A stretch of 64,000 nucleotides of DNA from an uncultured Streptococcus sp. (GCA_902470035.1 CABREZ010000001.1:5813-69812), one strand, 5' to 3'. Numbered from the stretch's first letter, positions 29,875 through 40,388 are shown. The notes: generated from the letters alone by a model not told the origin. Numbers and translations: made by a program.

Positions 29875-29898
29875 TTCTCTGTTATTTCTACATAGGTC

Positions 29899-32800
29899 CT
29901 AGTCCGTCGTTTCTTCAGTTGCGGCTGGGCTGACTTCTGTGTTTTCTGACTCTGGAGATGGAGTCTGAGCAGGATCTGAAGTTTCTTCCTTATTCAGATT
30001 AGAATCGCTCGTGGCAGGACTTTGAGGGGTTGGGGTTGCTTCGTCTGCTTCCACCGATGGAGCCGCTAGCAAATCATCTCGAAGGGCTTGGATCGCCTGT
30101 AACAAGGCTTTCTTGTCGCTCTTCGGATCAGCTAGTTGATCAAAGAGGGCTTCTAAGCGTTCAAACTGAGCATCACTGGCTCCTTTTTCAACCAATTGTT
30201 GGTGGAGAGCGATCAACTGGTTATAAATCTCTTGATAGAGGGCTACGTCTCCAAGTTGAGGTTCTTCTGTTTTCTTTTGCTTTTGTTGTTCAATCGTTTC
30301 ACCAACTTCACGCAAAAGAGTTTTCCCAGTTGTCAAAGCCTTATCAGCATCTGGCTCTTGGCGCACCTGTTCCAAACGTTCTTCAAAAGCAGGACGTTTG
30401 CTTTCTTCTACTTGTGGCAAAAGAGAGGATATTTGATCTAAAAGGGCTGTCAGGAGATTCGAGCGTTGACGAGACTCTGTCTTTTCATCCAGGTCACCGT
30501 AGACCCCCTTGAGGAAGTCGTAAACAGCTAGATTATAGGATGGAGCATCTGCCCCCTTTTGATCCAGAACTGTTTTTTCAATTGGATAGGTTGGAGCATT
30601 TTCTTGGGACACTAGTTGGTCAATGGCTTGCTTGGCTTGGTAAAGCTCCATGAAATGGGCTTTTGAGTCCCAAGCTTCTTCAAAGGCCTGAGCCCGGTAA
30701 AGTTTCAAAGCAAGATCCGCTGCTGTCGCCCGCAATTCCGGTGTTAAGCGCGCATCACTTAAACTTTGGTAGAAATACTTGAGGTAGTCCACCGAAGTCA
30801 CACCGGTCCGATCTTGCATCTCTTGAATGGCCTGCAGCAATTTTCCTTCTTGCTCCAATCGTTGACTATCCTTGGCTGTATAGGCTTCCTGCAACTGAGC
30901 AACGAGGCTTTCTTTCTTGAGTTGGAAGGCTTCGGTATCTAACAAGCGAACTTGTTCCAACAATTCCTGGTAGCGACGGTCCAAGGCAGTTTCTTCTTTT
31001 GGTTTGACTTCCTGGGTCGCATGAATATATTCCTTGTCAACTTGCTCAAGACTCGCCAAGTAGCCTGCTGTTGAATTGCTTGGGAAGTTTTTAACAGTTT
31101 CTAAGAATTGACCCAAGTTCAACTCAATCCGTCTTTGTTGCAGAGGGTCTGAAGCGTACAAAGTACGACTTTCTGCTAGGAGTTGGTTGACTTTGTCCTC
31201 TACAGCTTTCTTATCCAAGTCACCTTTCTGGTAAGCTGCTTGGATGGTCGGCAGACGGTGAGCCAAGTAGTCCGCCAAGCCTGCTGAGCGCACCTTGATA
31301 TAGTGGTTATGGTCCCCATGCGGAATGACAAACTGACCATTCTCGATTTGCATCGTATAAGGGGAAATACCAGAGCGAAGCGCTGTTGCATAGAGCTCGT
31401 TGATAAAGTCTAGCTCAGGATTTCCTGTTTCAAGTGGAATCCGGACATGTTCCTTCCGAACTGCATAAGGGTGGATATGGGTTGGATCGTATTCTTGGTC
31501 TGGATTGTTAAAGACAAAGAAACCATTGGAAATCTTGATAGCTTCCCGAGGTACGCCGTAGGTCTGGCTAATGTATTGGATTTTTTCTTCATCCGAAGCA
31601 TCGCGCGAATAGGTCGCCACATCATCTGTCAGTGGTTGCCCCTTGTCCTCTTCCTTCTTACCAGCTAGCACTGCCTCTGCAGCAGCGATTTCTTGAGGAG
31701 AAAGATCCTTCTTGTAGAAGTAATGGGCATGGTCTCCGTGAGCGACCATATAGCCCTCGTCATCCTTGCTGATGACATGATCTGCATGGAATCCATGATC
31801 GTGCTCATGGGCCTGTTCACCTTCATGATGATGATCATGATCGGCTTCATGCTCCTCATGGTCATGCTTGTGATTAGGATCCTCCTTCTCGTGGTCCTGG
31901 TCATGATCAACTGGTTTTGTGTCTGGGCTTGAAGGTTGAGTTGGCTTTTCTTCTGTTGTGACAGTCCCAGTTTGAGAACGAAGGACTTGATACTGGCGTG
32001 CCAATTCCCGCTCTAAAGGCGAAAGCACACTATAAGGGATAAAATGGAAGTGATTCCCATGCGGATACACCACTCCTTGCTCTGTCCATTTGGTAATTTT
32101 GCTTGGATCAAAGACAGAACCATCCGACTCAACATGGCGCTCTGAAAGTGGGGTATGCTGCAACTCTTTCTGTAGGCTTTCCAGACTTCGCCCTTCTGTC
32201 GTCACTGTTGGATGAGGAAGAGGAGTTGAAATCGCTGGAGTGACAGGTGCTGGAATCGGTTGATTCGGATTAACCGGTGCAGTCAACTGGATAGAAGAGG
32301 GCAATACAGGTTTTACCTCATTTTTCCCTCCTCTACCATTTAAGATAGATAAGGCAGCAGCTAATTCTCCAGCTGATAAGGCGCTCTTCGGAATAAAGTG
32401 GTAATGGCCACCATGAGGCACGATAAAGCCATCCCCGGTATCAGAAATCACATCCCCAGGATGGAAGACATAGCCATCATCTGTCCGGTAGCCACCTTGA
32501 CTTGGCTTGGCACCTGCTGTTAGACTTGCTACTGTTTTCCCTTCACGTAGTGCCTGACTTGGCTGACTAAAATCACGAGTTTGCCCAGCATTTTGGACGC
32601 TATCTTTCGAACCTGAAACCAGCTCTCCTTTTTTCTGTTTGGCAATTTCCTCCACCGAACGGACATTCAGCGTATGTTGCGGATCGGTTAGATAAAGGTA
32701 GTAGGTCCCATCCTTCTTGATAATATAGCCATCTCGTACCTGTGTGACAATGTCTGATTGTTTCAGTTGGTAAGTGGGGTCCCGTAAAATCAACTCCTCA

Positions 32801-33111
32801 CTAAAAATCGCATCGTAAGGGACCTTGCCATTGTAGTAATGGAAATGATCTCCGTGGGAAGTCACAAAGCCCTCGTCAGTAATCTTGACAACAATCTGCT
32901 CTGCCTGGGTCTTTTCCTTCGAGTTGACGGATTCAATGCTTTCTTCCTGCTTGTTTGAGCTACTAGCTGACTTTTTCTTGTCTCCTTGTAAATACTGCAC
33001 CTGATTCTGATTCTTTTTGTCTTCCTTGACTGGTGCTTGCTGACTTAAGGCATAGGCACATAAACCAAGCCCTAGGGTTGCTACTAATCCAATTGTTCCT
33101 TTTTTCTTCAT
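29899..33111 (-). CDS. Pneumococcal-type histidine triad (Pht) protein
   Basis: Five HxxHxH motifs (HGDHFH, HGGHYH, HGNHFH, HGDHAH, HGDHNH), a His/Asp/Glu tract and an LGLC signal; directly after adcAII. Confidence 0.93.
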   Translation of the reverse strand: MKKKGTIGLVATLGLGLCAYALSQQAPVKEDKKNQNQVQYLQGDKKKSASSSNKQEESIESVNSKEKTQAEQIVVKITDEGFVTSHGDHFHYYNGKVPYDAIFSEELILRDPTYQLKQSDIVTQVRDGYIIKKDGTYYLYLTDPQHTLNVRSVEEIAKQKKGELVSGSKDSVQNAGQTRDFSQPSQALREGKTVASLTAGAKPSQGGYRTDDGYVFHPGDVISDTGDGFIVPHGGHYHFIPKSALSAGELAAALSILNGRGGKNEVKPVLPSSIQLTAPVNPNQPIPAPVTPAISTPLPHPTVTTEGRSLESLQKELQHTPLSERHVESDGSVFDPSKITKWTEQGVVYPHGNHFHFIPYSVLSPLERELARQYQVLRSQTGTVTTEEKPTQPSSPDTKPVDHDQDHEKEDPNHKHDHEEHEADHDHHHEGEQAHEHDHGFHADHVISKDDEGYMVAHGDHAHYFYKKDLSPQEIAAAEAVLAGKKEEDKGQPLTDDVATYSRDASDEEKIQYISQTYGVPREAIKISNGFFVFNNPDQEYDPTHIHPYAVRKEHVRIPLETGNPELDFINELYATALRSGISPYTMQIENGQFVIPHGDHNHYIKVRSAGLADYLAHRLPTIQAAYQKGDLDKKAVEDKVNQLLAESRTLYASDPLQQRRIELNLGQFLETVKNFPSNSTAGYLASLEQVDKEYIHATQEVKPKEETALDRRYQELLEQVRLLDTEAFQLKKESLVAQLQEAYTAKDSQRLEQEGKLLQAIQEMQDRTGVTSVDYLKYFYQSLSDARLTPELRATAADLALKLYRAQAFEEAWDSKAHFMELYQAKQAIDQLVSQENAPTYPIEKTVLDQKGADAPSYNLAVYDFLKGVYGDLDEKTESRQRSNLLTALLDQISSLLPQVEESKRPAFEERLEQVRQEPDADKALTTGKTLLREVGETIEQQKQKKTEEPQLGDVALYQEIYNQLIALHQQLVEKGASDAQFERLEALFDQLADPKSDKKALLQAIQALRDDLLAAPSVEADEATPTPQSPATSDSNLNKEETSDPAQTPSPESENTEVSPAATEETTD

Positions 33112-33119
33112 TCTTCTAC

Positions 33120-34055
33120 TTACTCCTGTAATTCTTTGGCTAGGCTAGCCATATTTTCTTCTAGGTTCTCCAAGAAATCTTTGTTATTTTCTGGATCTGC
33201 TTCGAGAGGATCCAAGACCTTCACTTTTGCCCCTGTCGCCTTGGCAATGCTATCGGCCACCTTAGACGAGGTATGCTTCTCAACAAAGATGGTTTGAACT
33301 TGATAGTCCTTGACAAACTGCTGAATCTCAGCCAATTGACGGGCTGTTGGTTCCTGCTCAGGCGAGATCCCTGCAATTCCTAATTGTTTCAAGCCAAAGC
33401 GCTTGGCTAGATAAGAGAAGGCTGTATGCTGAGTCACGAAGGTTTTTTGTGTCACTTTTTCAAAGAGAGGCTGGTATTTAGCCACCAAGGCCTCACAGCG
33501 TTTTTCAAGCTTTTGGGCATTGGCCTCATAATAACTTTTGTTCTCTGGGTCAATGTTTCCCAACTCTTGGGCGATGATCTTCCCTTCTTCGGCAATTTTC
33601 AGTGGATCCATCCAGGTATGAGGGTCATACAAGTGTTTTGCATCCTTCCCTTCCGTATCCTCAATATCTTCTAAGCCAGCGACCTTATCCAATTCCATTC
33701 CTTTGCTGGCTTCGATGACCCGCAGTTTCGAGTCTTGCAAGCTAGGGTCTAGACGTCCAGCCCAAGATTCGAGCGTTTGAGAATGGTAGACGAAGACATC
33801 CGCATCATAGATTTGGGCTGTCTCCTTGGCCGAAGGTTCGTAATCATGAATCCCAGCACCTGACTGAACCATCCATACTTCGTTTCGATCGCCTGAAATT
33901 TCCTTCACCAGGGAATAGACAGGATAAAAACTCGTCACAATTTTGAGCCCCTTTTTAGTTGAGCCAGCTCCCGAACTTCTCTGGCTCCCACAGGCTACTA
34001 GCAGCAAGAGACAGATGAATCCAATTCCTAAGGCCCTTAGTTTCCTCCCGAGCAT
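33120..34055 (-). CDS. adcAII: Zinc ABC substrate-binding lipoprotein AdcAII/Lmb
   Basis: Lipobox 'LLVAC', 'GIHDYEPS', 'DPHTW', 'QHTAFSY', 'LDPLE'; adcAII-pht arrangement. Confidence 0.9.
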   Translation of the reverse strand: MLGRKLRALGIGFICLLLLVACGSQRSSGAGSTKKGLKIVTSFYPVYSLVKEISGDRNEVWMVQSGAGIHDYEPSAKETAQIYDADVFVYHSQTLESWAGRLDPSLQDSKLRVIEASKGMELDKVAGLEDIEDTEGKDAKHLYDPHTWMDPLKIAEEGKIIAQELGNIDPENKSYYEANAQKLEKRCEALVAKYQPLFEKVTQKTFVTQHTAFSYLAKRFGLKQLGIAGISPEQEPTARQLAEIQQFVKDYQVQTIFVEKHTSSKVADSIAKATGAKVKVLDPLEADPENNKDFLENLEENMASLAKELQE

Positions 34056-34075
34056 GTATAAATCCTTTCTTTTTC

Positions 34076-34139
34076 TTAATCGGTTTATTAAACAGTTAAT
34101 TAACTAGTTAATGATAACGCTAATTTTTTAGTTTGTCAA
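34076..34139 (-). promoter_or_regulatory. adcAII promoter with three tandem AdcR boxes
   Basis: TTAATCGGTTTA (34076-87), TTAAACAGTTAA (34088-99) and TTAACTAGTTAA (34100-11) versus consensus TTAACNRGTTAA; TTGACA(34134-39)-17-TATCAT. Confidence 0.85.
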
Positions 34140-34236
34140 GATTTTTTTGCATATTTTATCAAACAAAAAAAGTGGTCCTTAGGGAGCACTCTTCTATACT
34201 CTCGATTAATTAGACAAGATTAATCAATCCATGCGC

Positions 34237-34500
34237 TTATTTTTTCTTTTTTTTAAGGAGATAAGTTGCACTGCTAGCTACTACAAAGGCTAATACCAAG
34301 CTAATCAAGGAGATGGCGGTACCAGTGCTTGGCAAGATACCAACCTTCTTACTTGTTTTTTTAGATTCTGGTGTAACTGGCTCTGTTGGTTCATGTTTAT
34401 TGGTCAGAACAACATTATCTTGACCATCATCGGTTTTCGTCACTTGCTAACCTGTTGGAACATCGACTTCTTCCACCGTATAGGTGATAGCTTCCCCCTG
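34237..34500 (-). pseudogene. 3' relic of a CnaB-repeat LPXTG surface protein
   Basis: In frame QGEAITYTVEEVDVPTG*QVTKTDDGQDNVVLTNKHEP...LPSTG-TM-KKKKK; internal TAG at 34447-49; no signal peptide or 5' portion. Confidence 0.8.
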
Positions 34501-34581
34501 ACATTTTTGTCCAAATCCGCAAATGATACCAAAAACCAGCCCCTTCATAGAGCTGGTTGTCTTTCTATTCTAGAAAAGTCC

Positions 34582-37500
34582 TTAGGCAAAAATGCTGAAG
34601 AATGGTGAACCTAATTTAGCATCGATTGGATCAGTACTTTTTACTGAGAAGATGTAATCAATAGAATGCCAACCATTGTTGGCAGGATTGAATGGATCTC
34701 TTACATAGGTTTTCCCGTTATCATATCCTTGTAGGACGATTTCATGCGTATACGGAGCATTGATAAAGATGCTTTCCTCAACTGCCGCAAGGACGTGTTT
34801 CCCTGATACTAAGGTTGCTGCAATTGCATCTTTCCCCGTAAGCATTTGGCTCCTTAAGCCCCAATGCTTAGTGGCAGCAACAAGTCCATCTGCGTCTGTT
34901 CCAGCTACCGCAATTTTATTAAAGGAATTGGTGTTGTAATACAGATAATCCGCTACTGTCGTCGGTAGCACTTCTCTTCCGAGAATATCCGTAAATGCCA
35001 TCGCTAAAGAAGTTGGAACACACCCGGATTGGTCCATATTGCTCACACCATACCATTTTGCTCCCCAACGAGGGTCCCGTTGAGAATAATAAGCAGTTTG
35101 TGAGCCAACTTTGGGATTGCGAGGGGAAAGTTTTGTTTTTCCAAGGTTAAAACCTTCCACACTGTCATCTGTATAGTCTACATAAACATGTGTAGTATAG
35201 TCCCCCACTAGATTCCCATGATTAAAAGCAAGAATGTCAACATTGGTTTCTACACCATTTGGTTTCGTTGAATACCAACGAAGGTTTTCCTGATGAGGCT
35301 GTGACCAGACTGCTACTCGAATTTGCTTAATTTGTCGGCCTTGCGGAGCTTGATATACTGATACAGTAAATATCCCTTTTTGAGAATCGACATTTCTTAT
35401 TACAGCCTGAGTTTTTGTTTTGGCATTCCGATTCTCTACCTGCACCGTCGTGCCACCGACACCAACCTGACTACCATCACCCTGGATATAGTACAAATGG
35501 ACATGATAAGTACCTGTCGAATACTTATGGTCAGAAGCCTTCACGCTTACCTTGTAAGTCCCATCTGATTGACGAGTCGCTTCATACCAAGTCAAATCAT
35601 CCTGACCATTTACCTCAGACCAGGTTGGCACTTGCACTACGCGGACACCTTTTGGACTATAGACATCACTGATAATGACATCGAATGTGCCATTATCCTT
35701 GTTATTGTTTTGGATCGTAATCGTAGCAGTTGGAGTTGATTTCTGAACTTCTACAACAGTCTCTGTAACATAACGGCGCTTGTTTTCTTGATCAATATAA
35801 TGAACGTGAACTTGGTACTGTCCAACTGAGTTCTTGTGGTCACTTGCCTTGATCGTTGCTCGATAGGAACCATCAGATTGACGAACAGCTTTATGCCAGA
35901 TTAAATCATCCTGACCTCCTACTACACTCCATGATGGAATCAAGACTTCTTTCAAGCCAGTCGGTGATACTACATTACGAAATACTGCGTCAAAGGTTCC
36001 TGTACTTGAGTTATTGTTCTCAATCGAAAGTATCCCTTGCGACTTAGATTGACGAACCTCTACAACAGTCTCTGTAACATAACGGCGCTTGTTTTCTTGA
36101 TCAATATAATGAACGTGAACTTGGTACTGTCCAACTGAGTTCTTGTGGTCACTTGCCTTGATCGTTGCTCGATAGGAACCATCAGATTGACGAACAGCTT
36201 TATGCCAAACTAAATCATCCTGACCTCCTACTACACTCCATGATGGAATCAAGACTTCTTTTAAACCAGTCGGTGATACTACATTACGAACTACTGCATC
36301 AAAGGTTCCTGTACTTGAGTTATTGTTCTCAATCGAAAGTGTCCCTTGTGGCTTAGATTGACGAACTTCTACAACGGTCTCTGTAACATAACGGCGTCTA
36401 TTATTTTGATCAAGATAATGAACGTGTACTTGGTACTGACCCAAAGTGTTCTTATGATCACTTGCTTTGATTGTTGCTCGGTAGGAACCATCAGATTGAC
36501 GAACAGCTTTATGCCAAACTAAATCATCCTGACCTCCTACTACACTCCATGTCGGAATCAGAACTTCTTTCAAACCAGTCGGTGATACTACATTACGAAC
36601 TACTGCGTCAAAGGTTCCTGTACTTGAGTTATTGTTCTCAATCGTTACGGTGCCACTTGGTTTTAAATCCTCTGGTCGTTTTCCAATAAAAACATTTGTC
36701 ACGGTCCCGCCAACACCCGTCATCTGTCCATTATTCTGAACATAGTAAAGGTGGATATTGTAAAGACCAGTTGAGTTTTTATGGTCCGACGCTTTTACAC
36801 TGACGGTATAGGTCCCATTTGCTTGACGGTTGGCTGTATACCAAACAAGATCGTCTTGACTACCTATTTCTGACCAGATTGGCACAGAAACAGCTTGAAC
36901 ACCATTTGGTGCTTTGACGTTTGAGACCACAACGTCAAAACGACCCACCATACTATCATTATTTACAATACTGATATCGCCACTTAATTTCCCTTCTGTC
37001 GGGTCAGCTGCAGGTTTTGCATTAGCTGTAAAGCGACCTGTATAATCCACACTTTGGTCTAAGAGATGTTTTCCTGGAAGCAATTCCGCTTGAGAAGTGA
37101 ATTGCCATGCACCTGCTTTCCCATTGTAACGCAAGCTTTTCGCATCATTTACAGATAGTTTTGGAGAAGGATATTGAGCAACCCAGAAATTCTGAATACC
37201 AAACTGAGCAGTGTTAACAGGGCCTTTCTTACGAAGGTTATTTTCATCCAACCAGCTAGCACTAGTATAGAACATCAGGTTACTGTAGCCATTTTTTCGC
37301 ATTTCATCTACCCACGCTTGGGTATTCTGATTAATGTTTGGTAGCATCTCAGCATCTTCAAAGTCATTGACCATGAGGGTGTTCTTTGGAAGATTCAAAC
37401 GTTGCGCAGCCGCAATATAGAATCGTGCCTCTGCACGCGCTGCTTCCTCAGAAGTATAGCGTGAGAAGTGGTAGGTCGATACTTGCAGACCTGCCGCTTG

Positions 37501-38049
37501 AGCATTGCGAATTTGATTTTCAGCATTCGGGTTCTTGTACCAGGTGTCTTCAGTCAATTTAACAACGACACCTCCCACACCTTTATTAGCTAGAGTACGA
37601 TAGTCTCCAATGCTAATATCTCCATTATGACTACTCACATCAACGAAGGATTTTGGCTGGACCGCCACATCCGTCGAGCGATCTGCTGGAGCGTTTGAAC
37701 CCGTATTGAAGAAGGTAGTGCTTCCCGTTACTGGTTTCGCAGTTGTCTCAGAAGATGAGATAGATTGTTCTTCTGAGATAGACTTTGTATCTATCTTTGG
37801 CTCGTCTACCTTCGTAACATCTGAACTATTGACTGGAATCTCTGTTACTGGAGCTGGACCCTCATATTGATGTGCCCCTACTTCTTGTTTTTCCTCAACA
37901 ACTGGTGCTAAGCTAGCTTGTTCCGTTACTGCTTCACTTTCAGTGACTGCCGATTCTTTTACTCCCACTTCATCAGCATGGGCAACTTGGACAGAGGCGG
38001 CCATCAAGACAGCTGCACTTGCAACATAAATCAAATCTTTTTTTCTCAT
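34582..38049 (-). CDS. Modular cell-wall hydrolase: GH25 muramidase, six GBS Bsp-like repeats and a C39-like peptidase
   Basis: Signal peptide; 'FVDVSSHNG...NDFED...AWQFTS' GH25; repeated 'GTFD...PTWS..GQDDL.W'; C-terminal 'YYSQRDPRW...SGCVPTSLAM...H...DP'. Confidence 0.88.
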   Translation of the reverse strand: MRKKDLIYVASAAVLMAASVQVAHADEVGVKESAVTESEAVTEQASLAPVVEEKQEVGAHQYEGPAPVTEIPVNSSDVTKVDEPKIDTKSISEEQSISSSETTAKPVTGSTTFFNTGSNAPADRSTDVAVQPKSFVDVSSHNGDISIGDYRTLANKGVGGVVVKLTEDTWYKNPNAENQIRNAQAAGLQVSTYHFSRYTSEEAARAEARFYIAAAQRLNLPKNTLMVNDFEDAEMLPNINQNTQAWVDEMRKNGYSNLMFYTSASWLDENNLRKKGPVNTAQFGIQNFWVAQYPSPKLSVNDAKSLRYNGKAGAWQFTSQAELLPGKHLLDQSVDYTGRFTANAKPAADPTEGKLSGDISIVNNDSMVGRFDVVVSNVKAPNGVQAVSVPIWSEIGSQDDLVWYTANRQANGTYTVSVKASDHKNSTGLYNIHLYYVQNNGQMTGVGGTVTNVFIGKRPEDLKPSGTVTIENNNSSTGTFDAVVRNVVSPTGLKEVLIPTWSVVGGQDDLVWHKAVRQSDGSYRATIKASDHKNTLGQYQVHVHYLDQNNRRRYVTETVVEVRQSKPQGTLSIENNNSSTGTFDAVVRNVVSPTGLKEVLIPSWSVVGGQDDLVWHKAVRQSDGSYRATIKASDHKNSVGQYQVHVHYIDQENKRRYVTETVVEVRQSKSQGILSIENNNSSTGTFDAVFRNVVSPTGLKEVLIPSWSVVGGQDDLIWHKAVRQSDGSYRATIKASDHKNSVGQYQVHVHYIDQENKRRYVTETVVEVQKSTPTATITIQNNNKDNGTFDVIISDVYSPKGVRVVQVPTWSEVNGQDDLTWYEATRQSDGTYKVSVKASDHKYSTGTYHVHLYYIQGDGSQVGVGGTTVQVENRNAKTKTQAVIRNVDSQKGIFTVSVYQAPQGRQIKQIRVAVWSQPHQENLRWYSTKPNGVETNVDILAFNHGNLVGDYTTHVYVDYTDDSVEGFNLGKTKLSPRNPKVGSQTAYYSQRDPRWGAKWYGVSNMDQSGCVPTSLAMAFTDILGREVLPTTVADYLYYNTNSFNKIAVAGTDADGLVAATKHWGLRSQMLTGKDAIAATLVSGKHVLAAVEESIFINAPYTHEIVLQGYDNGKTYVRDPFNPANNGWHSIDYIFSVKSTDPIDAKLGSPFFSIFA
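35751..36644. repeat. Three near-identical 309-bp intragenic tandem repeats (Bsp-like domains)
   Basis: 'ctacaac' anchors at 35751, 36060 and 36369 (309-bp period) with near-identical sequence. Confidence 0.92.
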
Positions 38050-38189
38050 TGTTATTCCCTATTGCTTTATTTTATGCTTTCCCTATTCTACCATACCAAG
38101 TCTCCTAGGAAAAGTTTTATGAGGCAAATTTTAAAAATTAGTGACAATCAACAAAAAAGAAAAAAGAAGTCTAAAACTTCTTTCCTCTC

Positions 38190-39260
38190 TTACATATTCA
38201 ATTGTCTTAAAGCTTTGGTCAGATAGAAACCTTCGCGAAGCTTTTTTCCAATTCGTTTCGCATTTTCGAGAAGGAATTGGTAATCTTCTTCGGATAAATG
38301 TTCAATCACTTGAGATAGGTCGTGCAAAGATTCAACCGCAAGCCCGCATTGATTTTGTAATACAAAGTTCGAGAGAGCAGATTGCTTCCAAACCACTAAA
38401 GGGAAACCAGCCGCAAGGTAAAGAGAAGCTTTATGAGAATTATTAAAACGTAGATAGTTGCCGTAAGTACCCTGACAAGTTTCCGAACTATCCCCATCCC
38501 ACACTAAGCCAAAACTACCTTCTAGAGCTACCGGTAGATCATCAGGCATAAAGGCCCCAAAGTAAGTGATGTTATTCAAAGCACGACTTTCATCATACCC
38601 AACCCCATAGAGATTATAGGCAGGACTCTCTGGCAAACTATATAGATAGCCTGATTTTGTTGGGTTTAAATTCCCAGCAACAATGATTGCTTGTTCTTTT
38701 TGAGGAAGAGACTTTTCTTGAAAATTTGGAATCAAATAATCAAAAATCTCTAAACTAACCATTTTATCAGCTGGAAATCCTTGATTAGCTAAAACGCTCT
38801 TCATGATGTCATTATGAACAATAATCCCATCCACAGACATTAAAGCTTTCTTCTCTTGGAAATAGTTTCTCAATTTATGTCTCAATTTCACTTCAGAGCC
38901 TGCAGCATGGCGCAAGGTTTCAATGTCGTGAATCAAGAGATAGAATTTCGCTCCTCTTTTTTGTGCCTGCTTGATGAGCTGTGCAATGAAAAATGTATGA
39001 TGGATAATTGGAAACTGAATGACCAATTCATCCCCTGAACCTAGTTGATCAAACACAGATTTAGTTGCACTATATTTGTGTTGTTGGGCCTTAAAGAAAT
39101 TCATCTGATACCAGTTGTCAACCTTAATCTCTAATCCCTTATACCCTTCTGAAATCAGAATGGCTTCCACGTCATTTCGCGCCTTACTCCCTGCATTTTT
39201 TTCATGTTGATTATGAAGAAATGAATCTTTCAGATAATATCTCACTTTTCTCCCCTTCAC
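38190..39260 (-). CDS. wefE: Galactofuranosyltransferase (WefE-like, beta-1,6)
   Basis: 'NAGSKARND', 'IHDIETLR', 'FGLVWDG', 'HKASLYLAAG'; follows glf as in RPS loci. Confidence 0.75.
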   Translation of the reverse strand: MKGRKVRYYLKDSFLHNQHEKNAGSKARNDVEAILISEGYKGLEIKVDNWYQMNFFKAQQHKYSATKSVFDQLGSGDELVIQFPIIHHTFFIAQLIKQAQKRGAKFYLLIHDIETLRHAAGSEVKLRHKLRNYFQEKKALMSVDGIIVHNDIMKSVLANQGFPADKMVSLEIFDYLIPNFQEKSLPQKEQAIIVAGNLNPTKSGYLYSLPESPAYNLYGVGYDESRALNNITYFGAFMPDDLPVALEGSFGLVWDGDSSETCQGTYGNYLRFNNSHKASLYLAAGFPLVVWKQSALSNFVLQNQCGLAVESLHDLSQVIEHLSEEDYQFLLENAKRIGKKLREGFYLTKALRQLNM

Positions 39261-39271
39261 TAGACCTATCT

Positions 39272-40375
39272 CTATATGCTTCCAAGTTCTTTCTCAACGA
39301 CTTCTAGAGCACGCTCAATGACCACGTGCATGTCGTAGTATTTATAGTCTGCTAGGCGGCCACAGAAGATGACCTTGTCATTTTTAGCGGCTTCTTCTTG
39401 GTATTTGGCAAACATCGCATTATTCTTTTCATCATTGATTGGATAGTAGGGCTCATCGCCTCGTTTCCAATCAGCTGGGTATTCGCGAGTAATCACCGTC
39501 TTCGGTTGAGTTCCATACTCGAAATGCTTGTGCTCGATGATCCGAGTATAAGGAATTTCACGCTCGGTGTAGTTGACCACTGCATTTCCTTGATGGTTTT
39601 CCTCATCCAAGACTTCATGTTCGAATCGAAGACTGCGGTATTCCAACTCCCCATGTTTGTAATCAAAGTATTGGTCAATCATTCCTGTGAAGACAATTTT
39701 TTCAGCTGATGCTTCTAACTCTTCACGATTAGCAAAAAAATCAACCCCAAGCTGCACTTCTACATCTCCCAACATGTTTTCAATGATGACATTATAGCCA
39801 CCGATTGGAATCCCTTGGTAACGGTCGTTAAAGTAGTTATTATCAAAGGTCAAACGCACTGGGAGGCGCTTAATGATGAAAGGAGGAAGGTCCGTCGCAG
39901 AACGTCCCCATTGCTTCTCCGTATAACCTTTGATCAACTTTTCATAGATATTTGGACCAATCAACTTGATTGCTTGTTCTTCCAAGTTCTTAGGCTCAAC
40001 ATCCTTCATATCCGCCGTTTGTTCCGCAATCTTATCTTTAACTTCTTGAGGAGTCTTGGTTCCCCACATAGCGTAGAAGGTGTTCATGTTGAAGGGAAGA
40101 TTGTAGAGGCTCCCCTTGTAGTTAGCCACCGGTGAGTTGATATAGTTGTTAAATTCAGCAAACTGATTAACATAGTCCCAAACTTTTTTGTTTGACGTAT
40201 GGAAAATGTGAGCACCATACTTGTGGACGTTGATACCTTCCACATTCTCACAGTAGATATTTCCACCAACGTGATCGCGCTTGTCAATCACTTTTACTTT
40301 TTTACCACGTTTTGTAGCTTCGTGTGCAAAAATTGCCCCCGATAAACCAGCACCAACAATCAGATAATCGTACAT
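39272..40375 (-). CDS. glf: UDP-galactopyranose mutase
   Basis: 'IVGAGLSG', 'HKYGAHIFHT', 'RIIEHKHF', 'GRLADYKYYDMH'. Confidence 0.98.
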   Translation of the reverse strand: MYDYLIVGAGLSGAIFAHEATKRGKKVKVIDKRDHVGGNIYCENVEGINVHKYGAHIFHTSNKKVWDYVNQFAEFNNYINSPVANYKGSLYNLPFNMNTFYAMWGTKTPQEVKDKIAEQTADMKDVEPKNLEEQAIKLIGPNIYEKLIKGYTEKQWGRSATDLPPFIIKRLPVRLTFDNNYFNDRYQGIPIGGYNVIIENMLGDVEVQLGVDFFANREELEASAEKIVFTGMIDQYFDYKHGELEYRSLRFEHEVLDEENHQGNAVVNYTEREIPYTRIIEHKHFEYGTQPKTVITREYPADWKRGDEPYYPINDEKNNAMFAKYQEEAAKNDKVIFCGRLADYKYYDMHVVIERALEVVEKELGSI

Positions 40376-40388
40376 TTTGAGCTCCTAT

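Noticed and set aside
34237..34443. 68-aa ORF as a functional small surface protein
   Set aside because: No signal peptide; homology continues upstream through an in-frame stop, so it is treated as a pseudogene.
35856..36689. Three similar short + strand ORFs ('MLDRNHQIDEQLY...')
   Set aside because: Antisense by-products of the 309-bp tandem repeat in the autolysin gene.
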